Origin: Eledone cirrhosa
Lineage: Eukaryota
Direction of reading: 5' to 3'
NCBI GenBank assembly: GCA_964016885.1
Contig: OZ024746.1
Span: 8,990,001 to 9,054,000 of the forward strand
Length of the DNA: 64,000 nucleotides
Shown: positions 25,962 to 39,960 of the stretch, piece after piece
Layout: every line of letters begins with the position of its first letter
How positions within the stretch are numbered: position 1 is the first letter of the stretch
The notes under the pieces: model-generated
What the model was told of the DNA's origin: nothing
Seen by the model: only the letters and a program-made list of their open reading frames with translations
Databases searched by the model: none
Program-made: the position numbers and the translations under genes

Positions 25962-28067
25962 CAAACAAGAGAGACGAAGAGGGAGTCTTTGTGTCTATGT
26001 CGTGTGTGTATGATTAAATTATTCCTTCCTTGATCAAGAGTAGAATATTGTATTTTAAAACGCGACCTATGGTCTGTTTGGAAGTAGAATGAACAAATTT
26101 ATTTCACACACACGGACACACACACACTCACACACTCTCTCCAACAAACACGTGCACACACACATTCACGCACATACACTCTCTCTCTCTCTTTCTCTCT
26201 CTCACATACACGCACACCCACATTCTCTCTCTCTCTCACACACACTCTCTCTCCTCTTCCTTTCTCTCTCTCACACACACACACATTCTCTCTCACTCTC
26301 TTTCTCTTTCTCTCTCACACACACAAACACACACAAACTCGCACACACGTACAAAGTAGTCAGTATATTTGAAGCTAGTTATATTGCCTATTATGGTATA
26401 TGAAGAAGGGAAATGTGTATTTATTTCTAGGAAACTAAAAATAATTGTTGTTTTATAAATAAGAGATATGCTTCCTTTGACACAACGTAAAACGAAATTG
26501 TACTTTTAGGTGAGAGTATTGCTGAGGAAGATTTCCATATTCATACCAAACACTAAATAATAATTTAAGTAACAGAAATGAAGACGGATTAAACACTAGT
26601 GAGAATGTTTTGTAGTATTCGTTGCGGCTCTCTAGGTTCTCTGAGTTCGAGTGGCAGCGACATCAACATATGTCCGATAAATGAATTATCAGTCAAATAT
26701 CTCTGTCTCTTTCGTCTTCTACATCCACCCGTGTAACTATTTAGAAAGTATTATAGTGTGTATCCATGAATAAATGAGGAAAGTTATCAGCTGACAATAA
26801 ATGAGAGCTGTGAACACTAAGACTAAAGCCACTAACGACACTATTTTTTTAAACTATGAAATAATGTTTTCTCGTTAAACTCTTCTGTTGAGACATGATT
26901 TGGTAGTCAAAACAAACTGGAATGCAATACAGAAGACAAAATAACAACACATAGGAATGGTCCTGACATTAGAAACCAGCGTCCTTTTAGTGGTATGTAA
27001 AGGGAGATAGAGGAAAATATATGTGAAGGAGAGAGAGAGAGGGAGGTATTGTTTTCATTGGCGATATAGATTAATAATAATGAATATTTCAACCTTTGTT
27101 CTATTGAACAATTAACATAGCTCAAGGGAGCTTTCTTGGTGAATGGAAACTAGATTTATTTAGTTGTACATACACAGATCAGCCTTCCTCAAACAGGCTA
27201 ATATATGAACAAGGAAGTACAAACTTAGAGAAACCCACCTATTTCTCGTTTAATGCATGAAGTTGATACTATTTCTTCTAGTAAGCAGACTAAGCAGGTG
27301 ATCGCAGGTAAACTCTCTAGTTGATTCGTGGATAAGTAAGAGTGTGTCTAATGTTTTACATGTCTAACTGCTTGAGCTGTACTTTAATATTGCAAGTATT
27401 TTACATTTGTAAAATGATATAAATAGCTTAGATCCAAATAGCTTTTGATTTGAACAGGAAACTTGACAATTGTAATGAAATATTGGCTCTGGGAATTATA
27501 TAGTGTTTCATGCTAGGTTATCAGAGATTATTTTATCTAGATTGTATAAGCTGTCTAGTGAGTGGTTTGGCTGTTCTTCTGATGAATAATTACTTTATAT
27601 TGCGTTTGTGTGATTAGTGATGGAGCAGATAGACATTTAATGTCCCCATTGCATGATGTTTTAAAAGCGTTATTTAAAAGATAATTTATGCCATGTTCAG
27701 TTTTTTTGGGGTTTATTTCCGGAGAAAAATGCGGCTTACATGTCCCATATCATTATACAACAGCTAAACAAATATTGCAATGTATTTAAAGGTTAACATT
27801 TTTTGCAAATATCTGAATCCTTTCTTATTCAATATAGTTTCACATTCTCATGGTAAATTATATTTTATTTAAGTTGCATTAAGATTAATTAGAATTCTGT
27901 GTCCAAATCTTTTATTGTTATTTTTGTATTTTAATATGGATTTTCTGCTGTTGTTGTTTAGTATTAGATCAGCCTTGGTTGTACTGAACTATGATAAAAC
28001 ACATTGCATCCGCATCGCATCTGTGATCATCTTGTCTAATTTTCTAGATATGGTACATCGAGAAATA

Positions 28068-28279
28068 CAGGGTGACTACAAAAAACACCCCGATCTTGAT
28101 TATCACATTGTTGTTTGCCGAGCAACAACAGAGGTCGCACATCGAGTGTCTTTGATATCAATATCACATTAAATTGTGTTACTTTATGCAACTGTAGTCA
28201 CCAATACTGTAAAAAATATTCATTTAAGTTTTCATAGTATTAGTATTTCAAATCAAGGAGTGTTTTTGTAGTCACCCTG
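28068..28279. mobile_element. Tc1/mariner-type MITE, 212 bp
   Basis: TIRs CAGGGTGACTACAAAAAACAC / GTGTTTTTGTAGTCACCCTG flanked by TA on both sides (28066-67, 28280-81). Confidence 0.92.
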
Positions 28280-29274
28280 TATATTATCCATTGTGTATAT
28301 TTTCGTGATAATATGATGTGAACTGAAGGATATTTTGTAGGTATTTCTAGTAGCTTGCTTTGTTTTAATTGGCCAAATAAATCAATTTTGCTGTTATTAT
28401 ACCTTTAACAAATCTATTATTGTGTTACACGAGAAGAATTAATTTCAACCAAGAATCGAAGCTGTGTCATCCATCAACCCGAAGAAGTGTACTTCGTAAC
28501 CAACAGTACACGTCTTTTGCTGGTTTCGTATAGGGTAGACATAGAATTCCAGAATATAGAATACAGCATTTATGCTTATCTCTAGAGAGGTTAAGGGCCG
28601 AAACACTCGCTTGGGGCGGGATGGGCGGTTCTTGTCTGAAGACCTGCTGTCCAGCTCTCCTGAGAGATTCTTGCCACTAGCATTTATGCTCTTCTTTACA
28701 TACTATATTCACATCTTTCCCTTCCATCACTCTGGAGTCTCAAGAATGAGTTGCAGCAACAAATTGGGGATTTCTTTCATCGACTATACTTCTTTTATGA
28801 AAAGATTGGTCTTGTGCCTAAAGGAAAAAATCAATATGATTAAATTTTTTAATACAAATATTTACGCAATGTTGCTATAATGACGTTACACCGGAATATG
28901 TTTCGATATATATTTAGATATTTTTGTGAATAAAAAATATGTGAATATATATTTCTAGATGTTTGACAATAGAATTGTGTTGTTCTGTGTAGAATAACAG
29001 TGTTGGGTAGAGATGATGTCAGGCGTGGTACATAGCAGAAAGGACATTACTATTTCAAAATCCGAAATAAAAAAACAACACAATTCTATATTATAATTGG
29101 TAAGTATAGTTGTGTATATATGTGTGTAACAGTGAGTTGTCTAATACATATATCAATATGAAAAAAGACTTCCGTATTCAGTGGAATTTATGTTCTTTTA
29201 ATATTCACATTAATACAAAAAACATTTACCTTAATAGAATAAGCAAATATGTTATTATGAATGTATTATTGTCT

Positions 29275-30265
29275 ATAATTGTTTCTACTTTTGGCACAAG
29301 GCCAGCAAATACACAGTACATTACTGGTACTTTATTTTATCAACCCCGTAAGGATGAAAGGCAAAGTTAACCTGGACGTAAAGGGACGTAACTATGCTGG
29401 AAAGCATGGCGTCTGACTCTCTACCGATACTGCCAATCTATAATGGGAGTGTAAGAGGTTTGGATGCTATGCTTTGCAGCTTAGAGTTACGGCCCTTTAC
29501 GGTCTGAGTTCAAATCCCGCCAGGGTTAATTTTGCCTTTCATCCCTATGGGGGCGATAAAATAATGTACCAGTAATGTACTGGGATACTTGCTGGCCTCG
29601 TGTCAAACGTAGAAACAATTATTATAATAAAAAAGCCCGGTGGATTAGCAGTCATCGTTAGAGTGTCGGACGCGATGCTTTGCGGCATAGAGTTATGGCC
29701 CTTTACATCCTGAGTGCAAATCCTGCTGAGGTTAGCATTGCTTTTTATACTTCCGGGGTCGATAAAATAAAGTACCAGTAATGCACTGGGGTAATTGCTG
29801 GCCTTTTGCCAAAAAAATAGAAACAATTATTATAATCAACCATAGCAATATTAGCAGAGTCGTTAAAGCGTCGAATACCATCCCTTGTGGCATAGAGTTA
29901 CGGCCATTTACATTGTGAGTTCAAAACCCGCAGAGGTTAGATTTGCTTTTCATCGTTACGGGGTCGATAAAATAATGAAACAGTAAGGCACTGGGGTGGA
30001 TTTAATCGAGTTTCCCCTATCCCCAAATTGCTGGCCTTGTGCCTAAATGATAAACTATTATACTCAATAATATATTCATAAAAATAAAACTCAACTCATT
30101 CGTCTTATGCTAATGAGTAGGCATTAAAATGTAACTGGATTTATGGTCTGAGTTCAAATCCCGCCGAGGTTAACTTTGCCTTTCATCCTTACGAGGCCGA
30201 TAAAATAAAGTACCAGTAATACACTGGGGTATTTGCTGGCCTTGTGCCAACAGTAGAAACAATTA
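29275..30265. mobile_element. Cluster of five SINE family A copies (one minus, four plus)
   Basis: ~29275-29440(-), 29445-29625(+), 29637-29833(+), 29845-30060(+), 30137-30265(+, 5'-truncated, TSD ATTAAAATGTAA). Confidence 0.9.
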
Positions 30266-32669
30266 AAATGTAATTGTGGATAACATTCAAGATTCGTTAC
30301 ATAGAAGAAACTACATTGGTGGTATATGTTAGATGTGAATATAAAACAAAAAACGAAGGCCTATTTGATTTTGTTAATTGTAATCAAAAGGAACGCGACG
30401 TGAAGTTCACATTGTTAGTTAAAATAAAACAATGAATTCCATTCTCCGCCAGTCTTGGTAAACACTGTTATAACGAGAATGACATGCCTGGTCGTTATAA
30501 TGGTTGTCACAACATTGGATGTATTTTCTCCTTGTGACTATCGGATTATGGGACGTTAGTGCAGCTGAATATTGCTATGGCATGACTGTTGTCTTCGGAT
30601 CTGTTAAGGACCTCAATAATATATTTAGGTGGATTACTACGGGCTAGAAAATTCTAAAGAAACTTGTATATTAGTTTACAGCATCTTATTTCTCATACTC
30701 CATGTCATCAATACTTGACATTGTTAAGCTCTTTGCAGCAGGATTTCGTTGCCTAGAAAAAGCAATTATCTATTTGCTTACCTTCAATATAACTCCGAAA
30801 GCAATTCTAAACACAAGAGGCATCCAATTTATCTAATTCACTAAATCATTATGATTTCAATTTAGATTTAGATAAAAATAACAACAATGCACTATCGCAA
30901 GATAGTTCTTCAAACCAGAAATGTTACAGTTGTTGAGGAATTGAATAATTTGAAATACTTATTTGATAAGCTAATGTTTTAAAGTAATGGATTGCTCAGG
31001 GTTCTTAGTGAAGCTAAGGCTGTTGAAAATGCTGGAAATCTGAAGGAATTTTTCAGTAAGGGAGATGAGGTGATAAAAAAAGTTATTCGGTGATGATGTA
31101 TGAAAGAGTTTAAAGTAGATATACTTGTCTCGGTCTTAAATATTATTACGTGTAACATATGTATATAGAAGTATACAAGATAAAGTAATAGGCAGCAAAA
31201 GTGTATCAAATGCTCATTAAAATTATTTCTGAACGTTATTAGCATAAATATCCGTTTCTGAAAGTAATTTGCACAACATTGTACTTTACATTGCACTGGG
31301 GATACGATTAGTGCTATATATTCTGAAAATCAGAGAAACGTTAAATCATAGCAGAACCAGACATCTCGCAAAGTTAGAACCAACAGACCGCGACATAATT
31401 AAGATATTTATATTCCAGATTAATACTGAACAATCATACACGTACTCACTTTCTTTGTCAATAAACTGAGAACTTTGCCATAATCGCATGTAATATTCAA
31501 CAATGTACATCTATGGAGAAGCAATCTATGTGCAATTGACTATGTGTGTGCATGCGTGTATGCATTTTTATGTCTTTGCTCAAGTGGAAGTGCATATATG
31601 CTCTATTGGGCAGTTATATTCACTGATGAATGCAGCCTTACGAATGCTGACGAAAAGTATTATAATCACATTATGATCGTTTATTTGGAGTTTTTACATT
31701 TACACATTTACGCATATGTAGAATATACTTCACATACATGTATAGCATATCAACTAAGATAAATTTGATTTTATCTATGCATAATACAGAACCCCTGTAA
31801 GTTACGATATAGTATAATATATAAATCTACGTCTGATGCGGTATATTATTCTTTTTATTTGCTTTTAGCAATATAATCAACGAAGGTGGTAGGATTTCAT
31901 TTGGCTTCCCGAAACCTATTGAATAATTATAAAATAAAATATAATGCAACAAGCTTTTCGAAAGAATTGGCTGAAATATTGCCTGACTACAAGTAGATAT
32001 AACACAATCGGAATGCAATTCCGTAAGGCAATACTATTCCCCAAAACACTGATCAATGATGCCGTTGTGAAAGAATGATTATCGAAAGAATCTGATGAAA
32101 TATATAAAAGAAGTTATTTAGACATATCAGTGTAAATTAACAACACAGAAGATAGACACACTTGTAAAGCAATCTGGCGTGTGTGTGATTCACTGATAAC
32201 TGATTACTATCATGTATATAACTAGATATCAAAATGATTACAACAGATGAAATCAAACTGAGGCTGATAAAGCTTTTTAAGTCTTGAGAATTTCTTTCTG
32301 TGTTTATACATCAGAGAAGAAAAGAAATCTATAACTGCAAATTAGGTCATTCTTAGATTAGAGGGGTGTATGGTTAGATAATTAACGCAGTTAATGTCTA
32401 GGAGATGAAATAGAATACATATATAGAATTTTGTGGTTGATTGTATACGAAATACTTACTAAGATATAAATACAAGTAGCATGAGTTTATCGTTGTTGTT
32501 GCTGTCTAACTGCCAATAGTTAGATCTTATTTAATTGAGATACGAAATTATCGTAAATCTGCAAAACCCGACGTATGAACCACATATCAATTGCTCATGA
32601 TGGCATGGAATGGCATGGTCCTGTAGCTCCAAAGGGAGTCGTAGGGGTGCCGTATTAACAGACGGGGCA

Positions 32670-32885
32670 CAGCTCAATCCCCTCCAGGTCTGAACATAGC
32701 AGATTTCTTCCGGAGAAATATAGAGAGAGAGTGAGAGAATGGAAGTGAGAAAGAGATATTAGAAGAAGAATTGACCCCAGTACTCGATCGGTACTTTTAT
32801 CGACCTTGAATAGATGAATGGCAAAGTTGACCTTGGTGGTATTTGAACACAGAGCGCAGAGAGCCGAAAGGAATACCGAAAAACA
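32670..32885 (-). mobile_element. SINE family A core with alternative CT-rich tail (subfamily A2)
   Basis: Tail TATCTCTTTCTCACTTCC..GGAAGAAATCTGCT..TTCAGACCTGGAG shared with 54243-54530, 57565-57810 and 60267-60530. Confidence 0.75.
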
Positions 32886-32924
32886 TTCATATCATTTATA
32901 GAATATCAATGATGTGAAGGATAA

Positions 32925-33180
32925 ATAGAGTAAGTCGAGTGTGCCCGAGGGGAGATTGGCAACAGAAAAGCTAGTTCATGGAGTAGAAACCACTGTAATT
33001 GTGGTAGAAAAGCAGAAATATTTGACAACACATCTATGGAACAGAGATTGGGATATGTGGTCGAGCATCACCGTATCAGTTATTGTAGGTTTTCCACGGA
33101 TGTGATCTGGAATATATGTGTGTAGAAGCCGCAGATGTAAGAGCAAAATTAAGTGACAGGTTGGTTGTATATTATATTGA
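32925..33180 (-). pseudogene. Decayed CR1-group (L2/Crack/Daphne-like) LINE ORF2 C-terminus
   Basis: Minus frames give CSYI..DHI..K and SQSLFHRCVV, then FYHNYSGFYS and HTRL, resembling LQSLxHRR..LFYRYY.G.CS.EL..TR. Confidence 0.45.
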
Positions 33181-33728
33181 AAACTTCGGCTTTAAATGGT
33201 TATAGGGTGTCATGTGGACATCTGAATATTTTCCATTTTACCTATGTCTAATATGTGTGTTGCTATGCCAACTTAGTCCATTAGTAGCCTGAGTAGACGT
33301 ACATTTGACTCCGTCAAATGCAATATTTGTGATATATTCTATTTTGCTGCTTAACGGCTGGTTACCACTGATTGGTCAGAGTTATGATCAAAAGTTTTCA
33401 AGACATAATAATTCTGAATTTCAAGGATAAGTAGCTCCTTTCATAATGCTGTAAGATGGTTGTGAGGGAGATATGGTTACTATTTTTACTGCTATAGCTC
33501 TAGATATATAACTAAGGATGTAAGTAGACGCAAAGGGAGGTATTGATGTTACTGCTATTTTTGTTTCTCTACTCATCTTTGATATATATATATTTCCGAT
33601 GTGAATGGCAGATATAGTATTACCAGGGTGTTAATGTGGTGCTTGTTGGATTCCAAATGTTCCTGGTCTTGTAAATAATTATATAAGTGGTAGAAAAGAC
33701 TACAAGGAGAAACGCTTGCAGTAATAAT

Positions 33729-33922
33729 TGTTTCTACTTTTGGCACAAGGCCAGCAATTATCCCAGTGCATTACTGGTACTTTATGTTATCAACCCCGTA
33801 AGGATGAAAGGCAAAGTTAACCTCGGCGGGATTTGAACTCAGATCATAAAGGGAGGTAACTCTATTCTTCAACGAATGGCGTCCGACTCTCTACCGATAC
33901 TGCCAATCCACCACCCTTTATT
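33729..33922 (-). mobile_element. Full-length SINE family A with perfect 17-bp TSD
   Basis: ACGCTTGCAGTAATAAT at 33712-33728 and 33923-33939. Confidence 0.95.
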
Positions 33923-36279
33923 ACGCTTGCAGTAATAATGCACTGAGATCCCTATCATGTCTTCATGATCTTTCATTTTGGATAATTTTGTTTCTTGTTG
34001 TTTTTGGTAATTTAATGTTATGTATCTGTTAAGAGTTTGTTACGTGAATTATTTCTGATTTTTACAGTGCATTGGAACATATTTTGATGAGATATAATAT
34101 AACAAAGCAGTAATATAATGAGGTATATAAACGGGTGTATATCAAGTGCATCAACGAGTATACAGATTGCCGAACAGAACATCAAAAAGCTACTTCCAGA
34201 AACTAGTTCAATATTGAGCGAGAAATAAAATATAATTAGCGAATAGAAATGTGTTTACTCTCTAGAAAATATCTTAATTAGTGTGTACTAAACGGTTATA
34301 CCTAAGACTTTGGTCTGTGTGTCGAAAGAAGCAACAGAAGTCGAATTAAATACCTTATAACATTTATTCACAGACGCCTACTATATATTAGTATTTATTC
34401 TGTCAATATGCACTTTACATTCTTCGTAAAAGTCCTACCATGGTCAAATTTATGTAAAGATTAACAAGAATTACCAGCAATATATATAATCTACGGACAA
34501 AATATAGTGTTGAGCTCAATAAATCTCTTCTCATTGGTTTAACATATTTCGATGTTGTTTCTGCTGTGAATGAGTATACAGAAAATAACTAATACAATAA
34601 CTGTTTAGGAATTGGAGGGGCGCCACCGATTATGGATTTATGTCTACTGTTTCCAGACTTTTTTTCTATTACAATTTTATATAGTGATCTAATTTTGTTT
34701 GAATTTCAAATGTCACGTAGTACATTTAATTTAGCCATAATAAGTAGAATATCTCATCAAACGGCGTTTTTTATGAGAAGTCAAGAACATTTTCGAGACA
34801 CGAATACACACATTGGTTCGTTAAGACAAAGTATAGCTAGTGAGATCAATTCTAATTCATCTTCGAAATTTGATCTTACTTATCGATATTCAAAGCTAAA
34901 TTACGCCGTATGATCGATGGCATAGATATTTCTTTCATCACAAGATATCAACAGTTTACAAGGATTTCTTTCTATATATGTATATCGAGAATGACTGTTA
35001 TCGATTTCAACTTATGTCAAATAATGTACAACATCCTTTCCCTGATTTATGGAATAATTTAGTACCATATCTTTAGAAACCTTAGATTTTAGCACAAGAG
35101 ATTTTACATTCTGTTACTACCACAGTTATCCTAGACTGAAAGCCTTTACTCGGCCTGAGAGATACATATCATTATATGTGTTGTTTCGTTGATATGAGCT
35201 AATGTATGATCTTTGATAACTTGCAAGGCTTTCTTTCATTTCGATATAGCTAGTACTCCATCGGAGTTTTATATTTAGAATAGTGTCAACTTAACAAAAA
35301 AGGTCCCTTAATGTTAACCATACCAACAATAACCATAGTTTAACACGGATATTTATAGAAGCAGAAAAAAGTATTCAATAAATTATTATCTATCTAATAG
35401 TCTATATTTGTGATGAAACTGGTCTTACCAAACACGAAATAATAAGTAGGCAATGGGCCTATTGTATATGGACTGATCTCCATCCCATTTACTTGTCTCC
35501 TACTATATCTAAAAGATATAGTAGGAAAACTACAAATCAATATCCTCCTCACAACAACAATCTTGAGTACGTTATAAATAGCTTGCTTTTCGTGTTTACT
35601 GAGAGAAACTTTAATCTGTGTTTGGGGGAAATATCAAGTAGTCCGGCTCTGATACATAATCTCTAACAAGCAGACGATAAATACAATGCACTGGCAATTT
35701 TCCTTTCTGCATTGTATTTATCACGTGTTCATATATCCACTAATTCTTTTCAGTCCAGTGCAATCATGGAAGATGTTTCCTTTTATATAGAAATATTGTT
35801 TGCGTTGCGTTTCACATGAGTGTCTTACTCTGTTTTGGATGTCTGTGTAGAGTTCTTCGTAATACGTCCTAGTATTTCATTGTTTATATCATGTAATTAC
35901 TACTGATCCATTCTTTTGTAAACAGGGAATCTCAAATCCAATTAAGGATGCCAGATTTTGAAACAGTATGCTAACGATCTGGATAGATTCTATATAAAAG
36001 TATGTATGTTATCAATATTTTATAAAATAGATGTATCATTTGTATTGGTAAAATGTGATGAGACATTTGAAAATATGAAGTAAATGTAGTGGACTACTTA
36101 TATGCATCTTATGATTTGCAGAGTCATTTTTAGAAAACTGTTTAGTTAATCTTTGGAACATTGGATCTAATAACGCGATGTATATTTGTACAACGAAAAC
36201 AGGCAGGTTTCATAAAGGAATTTATAGAAAAGTACATCAGAGACCTGAAGGCGTGTAGGTCAGAAGTTAGAATGTTCAT

Positions 36280-36530
36280 GACATTATTGTACGGTTGCAA
36301 TTTTGACTACCACCGACGGTGCGTTGGTTACGTGAGCAAGACACTCTATTTCACATTACCTCAGTCATGACAGCTTATAAAGACATACAATATATCACAC
36401 TGACTCTCCCTGAGAACTTCATTAAGGGCACACGTGGAGTGCTCAGCCACTTGCACGATAATTTCGCGACCAGGCTGTTTCGTTAATCAGACGGCTGCAA
36501 CATTCGTCGTCGTAAGCATCAGAAGTCCAA
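36280..36530 (+). mobile_element. Degenerate SINE family B
   Basis: GAGCAAGACACTCTATTTCAC and GCTCAGCCACTTGCACG shared with 4087-4385. Confidence 0.7.
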
Positions 36531-36829
36531 CAGACATCAGAAATAAGAAAACAGAAACATGAATGGCTAAGAGATTTGTTTGAAGATATATTTTATAAAC
36601 GAACGTAAGTATGGTTTACAGCCAGTCGTATAACAACAGCTATTTCTATGTGTAGTAATTCTCTTGGAACTGAAACAAAAGGTTTGAAGCTAGAGGTATC
36701 TGATAAGAAAATACAACTTGGAGAATAACATCTGCTTTACATAAGTGTATTAATAAACACTTATAAATGTTGCATATAGGAGCAAAAATCTAGCCTAAAG
36801 ATATTCAAGATCACAGAAATATAAAACGT

Positions 36830-37137
36830 ACACATAGGCATACCCAACACATAGGTATACCCAATACATTGGTATACCCAATACATAGGTATACCCAATA
36901 CATAGGTATACCCAATACATAGGTATACCCAATACATTGGTATACCCAATACATAGGTATACCCAATACATAGGTATACCCAACACATAGGTATACCCAA
37001 CACATAGGTATACCCAATACATAGGTATACCCAACACATAGGTATACCCAATACATTGGTATACCCAACACATAGGTATACCCAATACATAGGTATACCC
37101 AATACATAGGTATACCCAATACATAGGTATACTCAAT
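36830..37137. repeat. 17-bp minisatellite (ACATAGGTATACCCAAT) x~18
   Basis: Tandem units with C/T and A/T variants; each contains the palindrome GGTATACC. Confidence 0.97.
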
Positions 37138-37437
37138 TTCTCAATTTCTCAGCTGGTTTTATTTTTCTTATTTATAACACAGTGGCCTTATTTTGAATGA
37201 AGGGAAGTTCTCTTGAAGAGGAGGTACAAAGCTCCGCCTGATATGAATAATATTAAATACATTTTGACATTATTTCTAACCAGTAATATCAAATGAATAA
37301 GTTGCCGTATATTCATATGTATATAAATATATGTGTGTGTATCTCCGGGTATTTAGTCATTTCGGTGACTGTGTCTGTGTGTAGGGCGTGTATAGGAGGA
37401 GAGAGAGGGGGAGAAAGAGGGAGAGAGAGGGAGAGAG

Positions 37438-37515
<78 letters not shown>

Positions 37516-38154
37516 TTATAAAATACTCCACTTTCAATATAATTGTTGCATTGGTTAAGGGCAACATATTTCTATTAATGAAATTTCCAAGGAATTCAAT
37601 CTTAGATTATTTAACTCAATAATGGCATGTATTCGAAATCCACAAACTACGTTATCTTTTTCAGTATTTCCTTAGATTTGCTGGAAGAAGGCTGAGAAAC
37701 AATTATTGTCACGAGAATGTATATTAGGCTAAATGCCATAATATGACAAATTGAAAGTAAGGTTTCGTCGATATATTATGCTACCTAAACCATGTTATGT
37801 CTATACAAATAAGCACTGGCAAACAAAGTGGAAAGTATGCTCCTTACATATTTAAATATATAATTACATTCTGAGGCCATGATTTCTTTTGATAACATAT
37901 ATAAATATATAAGAACTGAAATTACCTTCATATCATCTTAAATGCTATAAGAATCGGGAGAAAGGGGTGGCCAAATTATACACACGTAAACGCTTATAAA
38001 CGCTTACAAACGCTTATTTATAATTATATGCTATGACAAACATTAGGAAACTTCTTCAAGAACCTAATCAACGCCAATTAATCTCTCTCTCTCACCATCT
38101 CTCTCTCTCTCCCTCTCTCTATCCCCCCCTCTCTCTCTACACACACGCATACAC

Positions 38155-38204
<50 letters not shown>

Positions 38205-38516
38205 TTTACATAAATTGAACTGGAGCTGTAATATATCAGGTGATACGTATCCAGAACAAGTACAGCAAGGTGGAGGACCAATCCACCCACACGGCATATT
38301 TCCTGTCAAAGGATACCCAACATCTAACGTGAGTCATCTTAGGTACCCGAGACACGGGTAACACAGCACTTCTTTCAGCACCTTCATCCTAAACCTACGA
38401 CGATTCAGTGAAAATATAACCTCAGTGGTCTGCAGCACCACCCTCAAAATGTGTAAATTTATATGTACATCTACGCAGGCTCGGTGGTTTTCTATAATGT
38501 ATATATTCAGATATAC

Positions 38517-38564
<48 letters not shown>

Positions 38565-38569
<5 letters not shown>

Positions 38570-38785
38570 AAAGGTAAACAGAAATAACAATACAATCGGT
38601 ACAGTATATGGAAGGTATATATTAGATTAACGCTTGATATAGCAGGAAGTGGGTCTTAACGTTTCGGACGCTAGTCTTTCATCAGAAGAAAGAATGAGAA
38701 ATAAAATAGATTAAGGAGACGGGTGGGGTGGAATTGGAAAAAAGGTCTTTAGAAAAAAATAATAGGTGCATTCATGTTGACATCT
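38565..38785 (-). mobile_element. (TA)n-abutting element with minimal hammerhead
   Basis: Homologous to 2758-2978 and 16440-16590; 3' end runs into (TA)n at 38520-38562. Confidence 0.75.
38654..38689 (-). ncRNA. Minimal type I hammerhead motif (Penelope-type)
   Basis: TCTT-CTGATGA-AAGACTAGCGTCC-GAAA-CG-TT-AAGA: 4-bp stem I, GAC/GTC stem II, ACGT palindromic stem III. Confidence 0.7.
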
Positions 38786-38946
38786 CTTGCAAAACTGTTG
38801 GTGCTGGCGTTTTGTGTATGATTTGTTTTTTAGAAAAGTGGATGATGGCGCGCATCTACCTCAAATGAAAAAAAAAAAACGTTTTGTAAAAAGAGCTATA
38901 CTTGAGCACGTGCGTAAGCATGAGTGTTTGTGTGTGTGCGTGTGTG

Positions 38947-38991
38947 TGTATTTCTCTCTCCCTCCCTTCTCTATGTATATAAATATATATG

Positions 38992-39061
<70 letters not shown>

Positions 39062-39106
39062 CATATATATTTATATACATAGAGAGGGGAGAGAGAGAAA
39101 AATACA
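38947..39106. repeat. Palindrome centred on a (TA)n tract
   Basis: Perfect 25-bp arms 38968-38992 / 39061-39085, extended imperfectly by (CT)/(AG)-rich sequence. Confidence 0.85.
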
Positions 39107-39779
39107 TACAGAAAGAGAAGGGTGAAGAGTGAAAATGTGGAAACACAAAGAAATATAGCTAGAATACACTCATATAAATGTAAGAAGGATGATTTACTTG
39201 GGGTCATAAATACGACTGATGTAAAATTCACTTAGCCACAGTTTTTAACACAAGGAATATGAATAGAACTTTGCTGTCAAGAGCAGATGTAAAAAACAAT
39301 AGAGATGATAGTGTTGGCTGTGATTGAAAATAGAAAAACTGTATTGTTGTCAAGTTTAGCTGCTAGTGTGTGTAAACCTCTCCTGTAAATTCAGTATAAA
39401 AAGAGAAGAATTATGGACATTTACACCCTGCAGCTACAAAAGGTATGTTTAACAGGTTCACATATTTAACTATCATCATTAGTATAAACGGATGCGTTAC
39501 CAAATGTTTTAACAGTTGGGGCTCGTAGAAAAATAAGAAAGATATATATACATTCGTATGTTGCATATTTATACTGTAAATAGAAACATAGAATAATAAG
39601 AAGACTTAAATACCAGTATGTGGCCTAGCAGAGCTATTGTTGTTTTAATTCTAACGAGGGAGATAGTTTCTTAGAAATCTGTTGGATCATGTTTTTGTTT
39701 TTATTCAATGTGGTTTGTAGGAGGATTAAAAGAAAAATGTTTCATAATATAGATATAACAATTTTAGGCACATTATTTG

Positions 39780-39960
39780 AATTGGCAGTATCGGTAGAGG
39801 GTCGGACATTCTTTCCAGCATAGTTATGTCCCTTTACAGTCTGAGTTCAAATCCCGGCGAGGCTAACTTTGCCTTTCATCCATAAGGGGTCGATAAAATA
39901 AATTACCAGTTATGTACTGGGTAATTGCTGGCCTTGTGCCAAAAGTAGAAACAATTATTA
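39780..39960 (+). mobile_element. SINE family A
   Basis: Near-consensus head, core and tail. Confidence 0.9.

Noticed and set aside
31620-31665. CTGATGA...GCTGAC-GAAA hammerhead-like motif
   Set aside because: Stem I and stem III do not pair convincingly and there is no TA or repeat context.
36761-37136. Three overlapping repetitive ORFs (MYWVYLCIGYTYVLGIP)
   Set aside because: Automatic result of a 17-bp stop-free tandem repeat.
39411-39448. ATG...AAG|GTATGT possible plus-strand first exon (MDIYTLQLQK)
   Set aside because: Too short and no partner exon identified.
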